A stretch of DNA of 64,000 bases, taken from the NCBI GenBank assembly GCA_001818495.1, contig MHKS01000005.1, forward strand, positions 12,288 through 76,287, in the 5' to 3' direction. Source of the DNA: Candidatus Komeilibacteria bacterium RIFOXYD1_FULL_37_29 (GTDB lineage Bacteria > Patescibacteriota > Patescibacteriia > UBA1558 > GWA2-36-10). This document shows, piece after piece, positions 1-8,782 of the stretch (the first letter of the stretch is position 1; each line of letters begins with the position of its first letter). The position numbers and the translations under genes were made by a program. The notes beneath the pieces were generated by a model. The model had not been told where the DNA came from, made no database searches, and saw only the letters and a program-made list of their open reading frames with translations.

Positions 1-518
1 GGCTTACCAGTCACTACTCCCAAAGATGGTTTACCAACTAGTTTAGAAAATTCATCAGCCATCCAAGCCATAATTTGTGGCGTGGTATAAACATCGGGGG
101 CTGGAATATCTTTTTCCGGACCAATAATTTCCCGAAAAGCTCTAATCCAAGCGCGAGACAGTCTCTCTGTCTCGCCTAGAGATAATGCTTTGGGGTCAAC
201 AATCACCCCACCCTTACCACCACCCATGGGTATGCCCACTACCGCACATTTTATAGTCATCCAAAAACCCAGAGCCTTTACCTCGTCCAAATCCACTTGA
301 GGATGAAAACGAATCCCTCCTTTATAGGGGCCGCGGGCGCTATTGTATTGGACGCGATAGGCTTGAAAAATCTTTAAAGACCCATCATCCATGCGAATAG
401 GCAAAGAAGCCATCACTACTTTCTCTGGACTAGATAAACGAGCTAACACTTCTTTATCTAGATTAATTAAGTTTGCAGCTTTTTCTAGCTGCCTCAAAGC
501 ATTGTCGTATGCATTCAT
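1..518 (-). CDS. gdhA: Glu/Leu/Phe/Val dehydrogenase (probable glutamate dehydrogenase); 3' end runs off the window
   Basis: Manual translation from ATG at 518: [15 protein letters not shown]...[20 protein letters not shown]...[18 protein letters not shown]. Absent from the ORF track because it is truncated. Confidence 0.9.
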   Translation of the reverse strand, partial: MNAYDNALRQLEKAANLINLDKEVLARLSSPEKVVMASLPIRMDDGSLKIFQAYRVQYNSARGPYKGGIRFHPQVDLDEVKALGFWMTIKCAVVGIPMGGGKGGVIVDPKALSLGETERLSRAWIRAFREIIGPEKDIPAPDVYTTPQIMAWMADEFSKLVGKPSLGVVTGK

Positions 519-547
519 ATATTTATAGTCTAATTAATAACCACTAA

Positions 548-1504
548 TTATTTTTTGGGAGTCCAGTCTGGTGTCAAAGGTTTATCACCTTGTAAATAAC
601 GATAGGCCTGCAAAGCGGCCTTACAACCCTCACCAGCGGATATAACGGCTTGTTTATAGGTAATCTGAGTGATGTCACCAGCGGCAAAAATCCCCTTAAC
701 ATTTGTTTCATTATCAACGGTGATTTTTATTTCCCCCCGCTCAGTCAAATTTAAATTTAAATTTTGTAGCCACTTCGTGCTGGCCAAATGACCAATCTCC
801 ACAAATATTCCATCTACTGCTATTTCTTCTTTTGGTCCGTCAGTGATTTGATAAACCAAAGCCTCCACCCGACTGGTGCCTTTGACTTCAGTAACCGCAG
901 CGTTAAAAATGATCTTAATATTCTTGGCCGCTCGCACTTGATCAACCAAAACACTTTCACCACGAAATTTATCTTTACGCACCAATAGATACACCTGGTT
1001 GGCCAGTTTAGACATATATTCAGCGGCATCCAAAGCCGAATTACCACCACCAATTACCACTACATTTTTACCCCGATACAATGGACCATCACAAGTAGCA
1101 CAATAAGTCACTCCCTTGCCGGTTAATTCTTTTTCTCCTGGTACTTCTAGATTTCTGGGTGTCAAACCAAAAGCCAAAATAATAGTTTTAGCTTTAATCA
1201 ATTTTTTACTACCAGTTTGTACTACAAAATCTCCGGTGCTTTGTTTTTCTATCTGACAAACTTCTTCAAATAAATATTCCACACCGGTTTTGGCCGCCTG
1301 AGCTTGAAATTTTTGAGCCAAAGCTAAACCGCCAATTGATTCAAAACCCGGATAATTTTCTACATCTTCCGTCAAAGAAATTTGACCACCAATGTCTTTG
1401 GAAATAACCAAAGTCTTCATGGAGCGACGAGAAGTATAAATAGCGGCTGTCAGTCCGGACGGACCAGCACCCACTATCACTACATCATAAACTTTATCTT
1501 CCAT
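548..1504 (-). CDS. trxB: Thioredoxin-disulfide reductase
   Basis: GAGPSG FAD motif, CATCDG active site, GGGNSA NADPH motif, AAGD. Confidence 0.96.
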   Translation of the reverse strand: MEDKVYDVVIVGAGPSGLTAAIYTSRRSMKTLVISKDIGGQISLTEDVENYPGFESIGGLALAQKFQAQAAKTGVEYLFEEVCQIEKQSTGDFVVQTGSKKLIKAKTIILAFGLTPRNLEVPGEKELTGKGVTYCATCDGPLYRGKNVVVIGGGNSALDAAEYMSKLANQVYLLVRKDKFRGESVLVDQVRAAKNIKIIFNAAVTEVKGTSRVEALVYQITDGPKEEIAVDGIFVEIGHLASTKWLQNLNLNLTERGEIKITVDNETNVKGIFAAGDITQITYKQAVISAGEGCKAALQAYRYLQGDKPLTPDWTPKK

Positions 1505-1508
1505 GATT

Positions 1509-1835
1509 TTATTTTGAATATTTATTAATCAAAGCCAATAAGGCCTCCTTGCCTTGTAAGCCAATCATGTTTTCTACTTCTTGTCCGTCTTTAAACATTT
1601 TTAAAGTGGGAATACTCATGATTTGAAACTCACGCGAGGTAGCTTGGTTGTCATCAACGTTGAGTTTACCAATTTTTACATTGCCCTGACCTTTGGTGGC
1701 CTCAACAACCTCTTCGATAATCGGACCCTGCATCTTACATGGCCCGCACCAGGGAGCCCAAAAATCTACTAACGCTACTCCTTTAAATTGTTTTACTTCT
1801 TGATCAAAGTTTTGATCTGTTAATTCTAGTGCCAT
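1509..1835 (-). CDS. trxA: Thioredoxin
   Basis: DFWAPWCGPCK motif, 108 aa. Confidence 0.97.
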   Translation of the reverse strand: MALELTDQNFDQEVKQFKGVALVDFWAPWCGPCKMQGPIIEEVVEATKGQGNVKIGKLNVDDNQATSREFQIMSIPTLKMFKDGQEVENMIGLQGKEALLALINKYSK

Positions 1836-1856
1836 ATTTTTTACTTACTTAATTAT

Positions 1857-2117
1857 TTATGTGACGTCAAATAAGACGTCGATTAATTTTAATAATTCTT
1901 CTTTCTTGGCTACCCGGCCACTATCATAACAACCACCGACTTTATCATCTACCAAAAGTTTCATCACTGAATCAAGCGAGGCTCTGGCCGCTTTAACTTG
2001 GCACACAATATCTTCAATGCCTCTTTTGTCCTGATACATTTTTTCTACAGCGCGAATCTGCCCTTCAATCCGATGAAGCTGAGAAATAATGCGTTCTGGC
2101 TGACAAATTTTTTTCAT
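1857..2117 (-). CDS. CsoR/RcnR-family transcriptional repressor with non-canonical ligand set
   Basis: LHRIEGQIRAV..M...DIVCQVKAARASL family pattern. Start moved to ATG 2117 because the promoter and operator lie at 2122-2166. Confidence 0.85.
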   Translation of the reverse strand: MKKICQPERIISQLHRIEGQIRAVEKMYQDKRGIEDIVCQVKAARASLDSVMKLLVDDKVGGCYDSGRVAKKEELLKLIDVLFDVT

Positions 2118-2121
2118 ATTA

Positions 2122-2166
2122 TATACCCTCTGGGGGTATACTATCATTTTTAAAAATCCTTGTCAA
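2122..2166 (-). promoter_or_regulatory. Sigma70 promoter with overlapping CsoR-type operator
   Basis: Minus strand TTGACA(2166-2161)-17nt-TAGTAT(2143-2138); palindrome TATACCC-TCTGG-GGGTATA at 2122-2140. Confidence 0.85.
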
Positions 2167-2184
2167 ATAAAATAATGCTCTATA

Positions 2185-2217
2185 AAAACTGCCCAAAAGA
2201 TATTTTTGGGCAGTTTT
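2185..2217 (-). terminator. Intrinsic terminator downstream of the CNNM gene
   Basis: AAAACTGCCCAAAA-gatat-TTTTGGGCAGTTTT. Confidence 0.75.
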
Positions 2218-2258
2218 ATTTGGCCAATATTAGATAAAAAAAGCTATTCCTGACAGAA

Positions 2259-3233
2259 TTAGCGGATGGTATGATCATCGCTCTCATCACGAATATCCCC
2301 CATGATCTCTTCCAAAATATCCTCCATGGTTACGAGCCCCAAAAGCTCCTCTTCCCGAAAAACCACGGCCATATGCCGATGCTTACGACGCATTTTATTA
2401 AAAACATTATTAATCTTTTCTTCTGGCCTTAAAATAATAATTGGCTGCATTATTTTCTTTAGGGGTGCTTCCCGATCTTCACTATTTAAAACCTTGATAA
2501 TATCAATCACATGGACATAACCAATAATATTATCTTTTTGATTATGATAAACAGGATAACGAGAAAATCCAGAATGGCCAATAAAATAAGCTACTTGATC
2601 AACGTCCGCATCATCGTTTAAAACCTCTATTTTATAACGCGGAGTAATAATATCTTTGACTTCTTTATCATTAAATTCCAAAACATTAATAATCATTTCA
2701 TGCTCTTCAAAATCAATGGTACCGCCCTCTACAGCCAAACGACTAAGTGCCCGAAATTCCATTTCTGATACCCCCTCGGCTTTCCGACCACCAGTTAAAA
2801 GCTGTAATAATTTTTCCAAAATATAAACTATCGGGAATAAAATTAGCTGTAAAAAATAAACAACGGGGACAAAAAATAAAGCAATTTTAGCGGCTCGTGT
2901 CTGAAAAAAGGCTTTGGGGTACATTTCTCCAAAAACCAAAATTAAGAAGGTCATTGTTCCGGTAGCTATTCCCGCTCCAGCCGTACCCCAAATACCAATG
3001 GCTGCCACAGTAGCCAAGGAAGCAGCACTAATATTAACTAAATTATTACCCAAAAGTAAAATAACCAATAATTTTCGCTTATTAGTTAAAAGTTTTTGCA
3101 AAAGATGGGCATTTTTTCTTTTTTGTAAAACCAATTCTTTTACTTTGGCTGAGGAAAGGGAAAACATGGCTATTTCCATACCGGAAAACCAAGCCGACAG
3201 ACACAATAAAACCACTAAACTTAAATAAATCAT
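2259..3233 (-). CDS. CNNM/HlyC-CorC family membrane protein with CBS pair (Mg2+/metal homeostasis)
   Basis: SAWFSGMEIAMFS, LLGNNLVN, FGEMYPK, SGFSRYPV, VTMEDILEEIMGDIRDE. Confidence 0.9.
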   Translation of the reverse strand: MIYLSLVVLLCLSAWFSGMEIAMFSLSSAKVKELVLQKRKNAHLLQKLLTNKRKLLVILLLGNNLVNISAASLATVAAIGIWGTAGAGIATGTMTFLILVFGEMYPKAFFQTRAAKIALFFVPVVYFLQLILFPIVYILEKLLQLLTGGRKAEGVSEMEFRALSRLAVEGGTIDFEEHEMIINVLEFNDKEVKDIITPRYKIEVLNDDADVDQVAYFIGHSGFSRYPVYHNQKDNIIGYVHVIDIIKVLNSEDREAPLKKIMQPIIILRPEEKINNVFNKMRRKHRHMAVVFREEELLGLVTMEDILEEIMGDIRDESDDHTIR

Positions 3234-3245
3234 ACTGTTATAAAT

Positions 3246-3320
3246 TGGTGTCCTCGAGAGGAATTGAACCTCTATTTAAGCCTTAGGAGAGCCTTGTTCT
3301 ATCCGTTGAACTACGAGGAC
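3246..3320 (-). tRNA. tRNA-Arg(CCT)
   Basis: GTCCTCG/CGAGGAC acceptor stem, anticodon loop CT-CCT-AA, GGTTCAATTCC T arm, encoded CCA. Confidence 0.93.
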
Positions 3321-3383
3321 AAAAATATTTTATTTACTTTTTTAAACTAATATTAGAACAAATAGTGTGTCGTAATATATTAT

Positions 3384-3989
3384 CTATCTGCCAGCTAGCG
3401 GAACTTTAAACATACAACCATGACCAGGGATAATAAAATCAGCTAATTTTAATATCTTCTGCCTGCTTAGCTCATAAGCTTTTAAATCATTAAATAATAA
3501 TGGTTTTTTATCTAAATCCGCCAAACTAGCTGTGGCTATGGCGTCTCCAGCTATTATTATCTTGCCTTGAGCAGTTGTCACTAATAAAGAAATGTGGTCT
3601 TCGGTGTGTCCCGGGGTAAGCAAAAATTCTACATCTTTAGCTAATTTTAGACCATCTTTTATATCTACCCGCTTTAAATACCGTTCTGTTGGTACGTGGT
3701 ATTGTCCGGGATAATCAGCTTTGAGCTTGCAGTAAATTCGAGCTTTATTAAACAAGGCCACATTACTAGTATGATCAAGGTGTAAATGGGTTAAACAAAC
3801 AATATCAATGTCAGCTGGTTTTAAATTATTTTTAGCTAATTCTAGCAAAACTTCTTCTTGGTCGGGTAAATATCCTGGATCAACAATAATATTTTTATCC
3901 GTTTTAATTAAGGTCACGGTGGCACCAATAATCAATTTGTCATCAGCTACTTGATGACGACCCACTACCAATACTTTCACTTCCGCCAT
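3384..3989 (-). CDS. MBL-fold metallo-hydrolase
   Basis: THLHLDH, TPGHT, AGDA, IPGH. Confidence 0.9.
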   Translation of the reverse strand: MAEVKVLVVGRHQVADDKLIIGATVTLIKTDKNIIVDPGYLPDQEEVLLELAKNNLKPADIDIVCLTHLHLDHTSNVALFNKARIYCKLKADYPGQYHVPTERYLKRVDIKDGLKLAKDVEFLLTPGHTEDHISLLVTTAQGKIIIAGDAIATASLADLDKKPLLFNDLKAYELSRQKILKLADFIIPGHGCMFKVPLAGR

Positions 3990-4148
3990 ATTTTCATTTC
4001 AATAATTAAGCTTATCTATTGTAATATAAGCCCCTTTAAAAGTCTATATTTAACCACAAATTATACCCATTTTAAACTTTACATAAAGGGGGTTATTAGC
4101 TATTATTAAAGGACTGACATTTTTAATTTATCACTAAAATAAACACTT

Positions 4149-4571
4149 ATGTTTTCAAAAAATCAAACTACTACGCCATCTACCAAGGGCATCGAAACAA
4201 TCATTGGACCATCTGTCAAAGTAGAGGGCGATTTTAAAGGCGAGGGCGATTTGGTAATCGAGGGCGTCTTAATCGGCAATCTACAAACCAAAAATAACCT
4301 AAAAATAGGCAAAAATGCCATCATTGAAGCCAGCATTAAGGCCAATAATGCCTTTATTTCCGGTAAAGTCAAAGGAGATATCCTAGTTAAAGGCAAGGTG
4401 GAAATTACTGGTACGGCCATTATTTTGGGTAACATCAAAGCTCAAATTATCTCTATTGAGAGTGGCGCCTTAATAAAGGGTACTCTAGATATGCCGGTCG
4501 GTAATATTACAGTCGATGAACCACGTTTAGAACCCCACCAAGAAGCGCCGAGAGAAGACAAGGAAAAATAA
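4149..4571 (+). CDS. Bactofilin (polymer-forming cytoskeletal protein)
   Basis: TIIGPSVKVEGDF..EGDLVIEG..IGN beta-helix repeats, IESGA. Confidence 0.9.
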   Translation: MFSKNQTTTPSTKGIETIIGPSVKVEGDFKGEGDLVIEGVLIGNLQTKNNLKIGKNAIIEASIKANNAFISGKVKGDILVKGKVEITGTAIILGNIKAQIISIESGALIKGTLDMPVGNITVDEPRLEPHQEAPREDKEK

Positions 4572-4595
4572 TTTCTAAGCTAACTTCTGGAGTTT

Positions 4596-5336
4596 ATGTA
4601 CTTATATATTTACGACTCCTTTCTCAATGATAAAAAATACTCTGATCTTTTAATCAGTATTGAAAAAAGATTAACTGACCTTGGTATCAAAGGAAAAATT
4701 GCCCGCCTGTCCATTTTGAAAAATATGAAAGAGATGATAATGGACGGAGTCAAAGAGGGAGTACAAACTGTAGTGGCCATTGGCAACGCCCAAACTTTTG
4801 CCAAAGTCATCAATGTGGTGGCTGATTTAGATGTAGCATTGGGACTTATTCCGGTAGACAACAACAACCCCATTGCCAAAGTGTTGGGTATCCCTCCGAG
4901 AGTAATGGCCTGTGATGTCTTGGCTTCACGAATAATTAAAAAAATTGATTTGGGAAAAATAAATAATTATTATTTTGTAAATACTGCCCAGATAGAAAAC
5001 GGTGATGTCACCATCGAATACAAAGATTTTAAAATTTCACCCATTACTGAAAAAAGTAAAATTACCCTTTACAATTTCTCCAACAAATTTTCTAAATCAT
5101 CACCAGTCGACGGAATTTTAGAAGCCGTAATCACACCGATAAAATCCGGCCTGTTTGGTAAAAAAATGGTAGAACAAACTATTTTGCCCTTTACTAAGAT
5201 AAAAATTGGCAGTCGAGCAGAGGAGCAGGTGGCCATACTAACTGACGAACAAATCATCATGAAGACCCCGGCCGAGATTGTGGTGGTACCACAAAAACTA
5301 AAAGTAATTGTCGGTAGCGAAAGACATTTTGATTAA
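4596..5336 (+). CDS. Diacylglycerol-kinase catalytic-domain-like protein (degenerate motif)
   Basis: VVAIGNAQTF at the GGDGT position, LGLIP, IDLGKINNYYFVN. Confidence 0.65.
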   Translation: MYLYIYDSFLNDKKYSDLLISIEKRLTDLGIKGKIARLSILKNMKEMIMDGVKEGVQTVVAIGNAQTFAKVINVVADLDVALGLIPVDNNNPIAKVLGIPPRVMACDVLASRIIKKIDLGKINNYYFVNTAQIENGDVTIEYKDFKISPITEKSKITLYNFSNKFSKSSPVDGILEAVITPIKSGLFGKKMVEQTILPFTKIKIGSRAEEQVAILTDEQIIMKTPAEIVVVPQKLKVIVGSERHFD

Positions 5337-5347
5337 AGAAAACTAAC

Positions 5348-5374
5348 AAAAAACCCTATTTTATAGGGTTTTTT
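5348..5374. terminator. Bidirectional intrinsic terminator
   Basis: AAAAAACCCTAT-ttt-ATAGGGTTTTTT between convergent genes. Confidence 0.8.
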
Positions 5375-5409
5375 AAATTTATTAAAAATAAGTGTATAAA
5401 TTATTTATT

Positions 5410-6129
5410 CTATTTTTTATCAACAATTTCTACCTCGTGTTTTTTTCGCCAGCCCAAAACTAGATACTGTTGAGCCACTGATAAGAGGGTGCTAAAAAAC
5501 CAATAAAAAGTTAAACCGGCTGGAAAACGCGAGCCAATAAAAATAGTTACAATGGGCATAATATAAGTCATCTGTGCACCCATACCAGCCATTCCACCGG
5601 CATTAGATTGTTTCTTACTCATTAACATCTTGGATTGCCAAAATTGTGCCGCACCAGCGAGCACTGCTAACCACCAGCTATTTTTTGCTAAATCTAGAAA
5701 CCCAAAGGCGATATGCTTTAATACTCCAGGATTATCTACAAAAGGATAAAGCGCCTGCATGGCATTGTCGTCAGTCAGGCCGTTGAAGAAAACTCTATAG
5801 ATAGCAAAAAGAAAAGGCAGTTGAATAAGCATGGGCATGCAAGAAGAAAATGGATTGATTCCTTTGCGCTTATAAAGAGCCATCAACTCCGGACCAAGTT
5901 GATCTTTGTTGTCTTTGTGTTTTTGTTTAAGTTCTTCTATTTCTGGTTGTAGAGTAGCTAATTCTTTTTGAGACTTAATGGCTTTTTTGGAAGGAATATA
6001 AAGAACTAATTTTATAATCACAGTGATAACAATAATAGCCACACCCAAATCGTGTCCGGGCAAAATATTATAAATATAAACTAGCAGGTTAAAAATCGGT
6101 TCGTAAAAGATTGTATTAAATATTCCCAT
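5410..6129 (-). CDS. yidC: Membrane protein insertase YidC (short form)
   Basis: LQPEIEELK, INPFSSCMPMLIQLP, FPAGLTFYW; synteny. Confidence 0.95.
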   Translation of the reverse strand: MGIFNTIFYEPIFNLLVYIYNILPGHDLGVAIIVITVIIKLVLYIPSKKAIKSQKELATLQPEIEELKQKHKDNKDQLGPELMALYKRKGINPFSSCMPMLIQLPFLFAIYRVFFNGLTDDNAMQALYPFVDNPGVLKHIAFGFLDLAKNSWWLAVLAGAAQFWQSKMLMSKKQSNAGGMAGMGAQMTYIMPIVTIFIGSRFPAGLTFYWFFSTLLSVAQQYLVLGWRKKHEVEIVDKK

Positions 6130-6169
6130 TTCTTTTTGTTATTGATTAATTAAAATTCTGCTCTTAAAA

Positions 6170-6406
6170 CTATATTAACGGATCATACCCACCTGACGAT
6201 AGGGGATGACAGCGCAATACTCTCCACAGGGCTTTGACCCCGCCTTTTAAAAAGCCATATTTAGCTATGGCTTGATAGCTATACTCTGAACAATGGGGAT
6301 GAAAACGGCAAAATCCATGTGGAAAATAAACCCTAAACCAACCCTGATCTGGCGATAGAGTCTTTTGATAAAGACGAATTATTTTTAAAATTATTTGTTT
6401 AAACAT
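6170..6406 (-). CDS. yidD: Membrane protein insertion efficiency factor YidD
   Basis: CRFHPHCSEY, RCHP...GGYDP. Confidence 0.95.
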   Translation of the reverse strand: MFKQIILKIIRLYQKTLSPDQGWFRVYFPHGFCRFHPHCSEYSYQAIAKYGFLKGGVKALWRVLRCHPLSSGGYDPLI

Positions 6407-6754
6407 TTATTTCTTATAAATCAACCCTATTTTTTCCAAAGCAAAGGTCAGCTGTTTCTTTATGTTTTCAAAATCTAGGTCTAATAACTTTTTTTTAGCT
6501 ATTATTAGCACCAAATAGCCATTTTTAAATTGGGGGAACAGCAGTCTAGAAATTTCCCGCAAGTGTCTAGTAAGCTTATTTCTGACTACTGCTCTCTTGT
6601 CTACCCGCCCAGAAACAATAAAACCAATCTTAGTAGCCTCTGCCTGATTGGTCTTATACTTTATAGTCAGTTCTGGCAAAAAAAAGTTTCGGCCTGACCT
6701 GACCAAGTCTTTAATTTCTTTATCTTGGTGCAATCTGTGTTCCTTAGGCAACAT
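6407..6754 (-). CDS. rnpA: Ribonuclease P protein component
   Basis: MLPKEHRL, KIGFIVS..V.KRAVVRNKLTRHLRE. Confidence 0.93.
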   Translation of the reverse strand: MLPKEHRLHQDKEIKDLVRSGRNFFLPELTIKYKTNQAEATKIGFIVSGRVDKRAVVRNKLTRHLREISRLLFPQFKNGYLVLIIAKKKLLDLDFENIKKQLTFALEKIGLIYKK

Positions 6755-6780
6755 AATATTTGCCCTAATATTAGCAAAAA

Positions 6781-6921
6781 TTAAACGGTTAAAATCTTAC
6801 GACCCCTTTTTCGACGACGGCTCAAAACTTTTTTGCCGTTTTTGGAAGCCATTCTAGCACGAAAACCGTGAGTCTTAGCTCTTTTTCTAGTATTTGGTTG
6901 ATAGGTTCTCTTAGTAGCCAT
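6781..6921 (-). CDS. rpmH: 50S ribosomal protein L34
   Basis: Manual translation [46 protein letters not shown] (46 aa, below the ORF-track cutoff). Confidence 0.97.
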   Translation of the reverse strand: MATKRTYQPNTRKRAKTHGFRARMASKNGKKVLSRRRKRGRKILTV

Positions 6922-7014
6922 ACATTCTTAAATTTCCCAATTAGATTAAATATTTTGACCATCAAACAATAACATATTATAAATATTTTTTCAAGGTTAA
7001 AGATCTTAAAAAAG

Positions 7015-7091
7015 TTATCCACAGTTATCCACATGCTATTCACACCATATCAACTACCACCGATATTTTATCTGTGGTATAGTTATACACA
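7015..7091. promoter_or_regulatory. oriC left part: DnaA boxes upstream of dnaA
   Basis: TTATCCACA at 7015-7023 and 7025-7033, CTATTCACA 7036-7044, TTATACACA 7083-7091. Confidence 0.9.
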
Positions 7092-7122
7092 GCTAATTTT
7101 TAGACTAAAAATCGCTAAAAAA

Positions 7123-8508
7123 ATGGAAAATAATGACAAAATTTGGGAAAAAACTTTAGGAGAATTAGAGCTCTTAATTAGTAAGGCCAACTTTACCACT
7201 TGGTTTAAAAACACCTTTGTTGCTACTATAGAAAATAACGATATCACCGTGGGCGTACCAAATGCCTTTACTAAAGTTTGGCTAGAAAAAAAATATCATG
7301 ACCAAATTATAGCCGCCCTAGAAAATGTCTTGTCTAAAAATAATCTACAAATTATCTACAAGGTTATTACTAAGGATAGGTCTGCGAATATTAGCCAAGA
7401 AAATACAAAAAAAGTTAATATTAGTAACGGAAAAGAAACCGAAACAATCCAAACATCCACCGAAAACCGCCAGCCAACAGTGGCCCGCTTTGGCTTAAAT
7501 ACTCAATATGTTTTTGAAAGTTTTGTAGTTGGTCCGGGTAATGAATTGGCCCAGGCTGCTGCCCATGCTGCTGCCCAAAAACCAGGCCAAATATATAATC
7601 CGCTCTTTATTTATGGTGGTGTTGGTTTGGGCAAAACTCACTTAGTGCAGGCTGTTGGCAACTATATTTTAGCCAAAGATCCCACTAAAAAGGTAGTTTA
7701 TATTAATAGTGAAAAATTTACCAATGATTTTATTTTTGCTATTAAATCCGGTCAAACTGATAAATTCAAACAAACCTATCGTAATATTGATGTTTTACTA
7801 ATTGATGATATCCAGTTTATCGCTGGTAAAGAGCAAACCCAGGAAGAATTTTTCCATACTTTCAACGCTCTTCATCAAAACAATAAACAAATTGTTATTT
7901 CTTCTGATCGCCCACCCAAGGCCATTCCGGGTATAGAAAATCGATTAATTTCCCGTTTTGAGTGGGGGATGATTGCTGATATTTCCGCTCCCGATCTAGA
8001 AACCCGTATGGCTATCTTAGAAATTAAGGCGCAAGAAAAAAAATATAAACTTAATAAAGATATTATTCACTATGTAGCTGAAAATATCCAAAATAACATT
8101 CGCGAACTAGAGGGTGCTTTAAATAGAATTATTGCCTTTCATCAACTAAACAACACCACACCCACCCTAGATAGTGTTAAGGCTATTTTGGGTGGTCTAT
8201 CTGCCAATCATCGCCGGGCCGGATTAACCCCACGTAAACTTTTAGAATCCATCAGCGTCTTTTATGATATTAGTATGGAAAACTTGCTCGGTGCTAGCCG
8301 TAAAAAAGAGCTGGTGGTTCCTAGACAAATCGCCATGTTTTTAATGCGGGAAGAATTAAAGGCCTCTTATCCCAACATTGGTCAAGAAATTGGGGGCCGA
8401 GATCACACCACCGCCATGCACGCCTGTATTAAAGTTACTACCTTAATAGAAATGGACGAAAAAATAAAAAACGATATCTTAATATTACGACAAAAAATCT
8501 ATGAATAA
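7123..8508 (+). CDS. dnaA: Chromosomal replication initiator DnaA
   Basis: YNPLFIYGGVGLGKTHL, LLIDDIQF, RDHTT. Start set at ATG 7123 because the upstream in-frame stretch is the DnaA-box region. Confidence 0.98.
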   Translation: MENNDKIWEKTLGELELLISKANFTTWFKNTFVATIENNDITVGVPNAFTKVWLEKKYHDQIIAALENVLSKNNLQIIYKVITKDRSANISQENTKKVNISNGKETETIQTSTENRQPTVARFGLNTQYVFESFVVGPGNELAQAAAHAAAQKPGQIYNPLFIYGGVGLGKTHLVQAVGNYILAKDPTKKVVYINSEKFTNDFIFAIKSGQTDKFKQTYRNIDVLLIDDIQFIAGKEQTQEEFFHTFNALHQNNKQIVISSDRPPKAIPGIENRLISRFEWGMIADISAPDLETRMAILEIKAQEKKYKLNKDIIHYVAENIQNNIRELEGALNRIIAFHQLNNTTPTLDSVKAILGGLSANHRRAGLTPRKLLESISVFYDISMENLLGASRKKELVVPRQIAMFLMREELKASYPNIGQEIGGRDHTTAMHACIKVTTLIEMDEKIKNDILILRQKIYE

Positions 8509-8782
8509 GTTGTTTATAAATTTTTAATAAGTCTGTAGATAAAAAATTATAAATTGTTAACAAACCCCGGACTTATAAACAAAAAATGGACATTCAAAAA
8601 TCACTGGGGATTAAATGACACTTATAAACAAAATTATTCATAACTTACCCCCACATAAAATATAAATAAAAACATAAATTAACTAGAGTTTTTCTCAAAA
8701 AATTTCTCTTATCAACATACCCACAGGCTCTAATACTAATACTTTATTTATATTATAATAATAACTAGTAAATAATAATTAT
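8509..8782. other. oriC right part: degenerate DnaA boxes, DnaA-trios and AT-rich unwinding element
   Basis: Boxes at 8511, 8534, 8573, 8622, 8634, 8709 and 8717, then GGCT-CTA-ATA-CTA-ATA-CTT and an AT-rich tract. Confidence 0.85.

Noticed and set aside
3246-3320. tRNA-Arg as an island attachment site
   Set aside because: No duplicated tRNA 3' end or integrase seen in the window.
6822-7122. 73-aa minus ORF and the 30-aa N-terminal extension of DnaA
   Set aside because: They overlap rpmH and the DnaA boxes; the MWITVDN-type sequence is just translated DnaA boxes.
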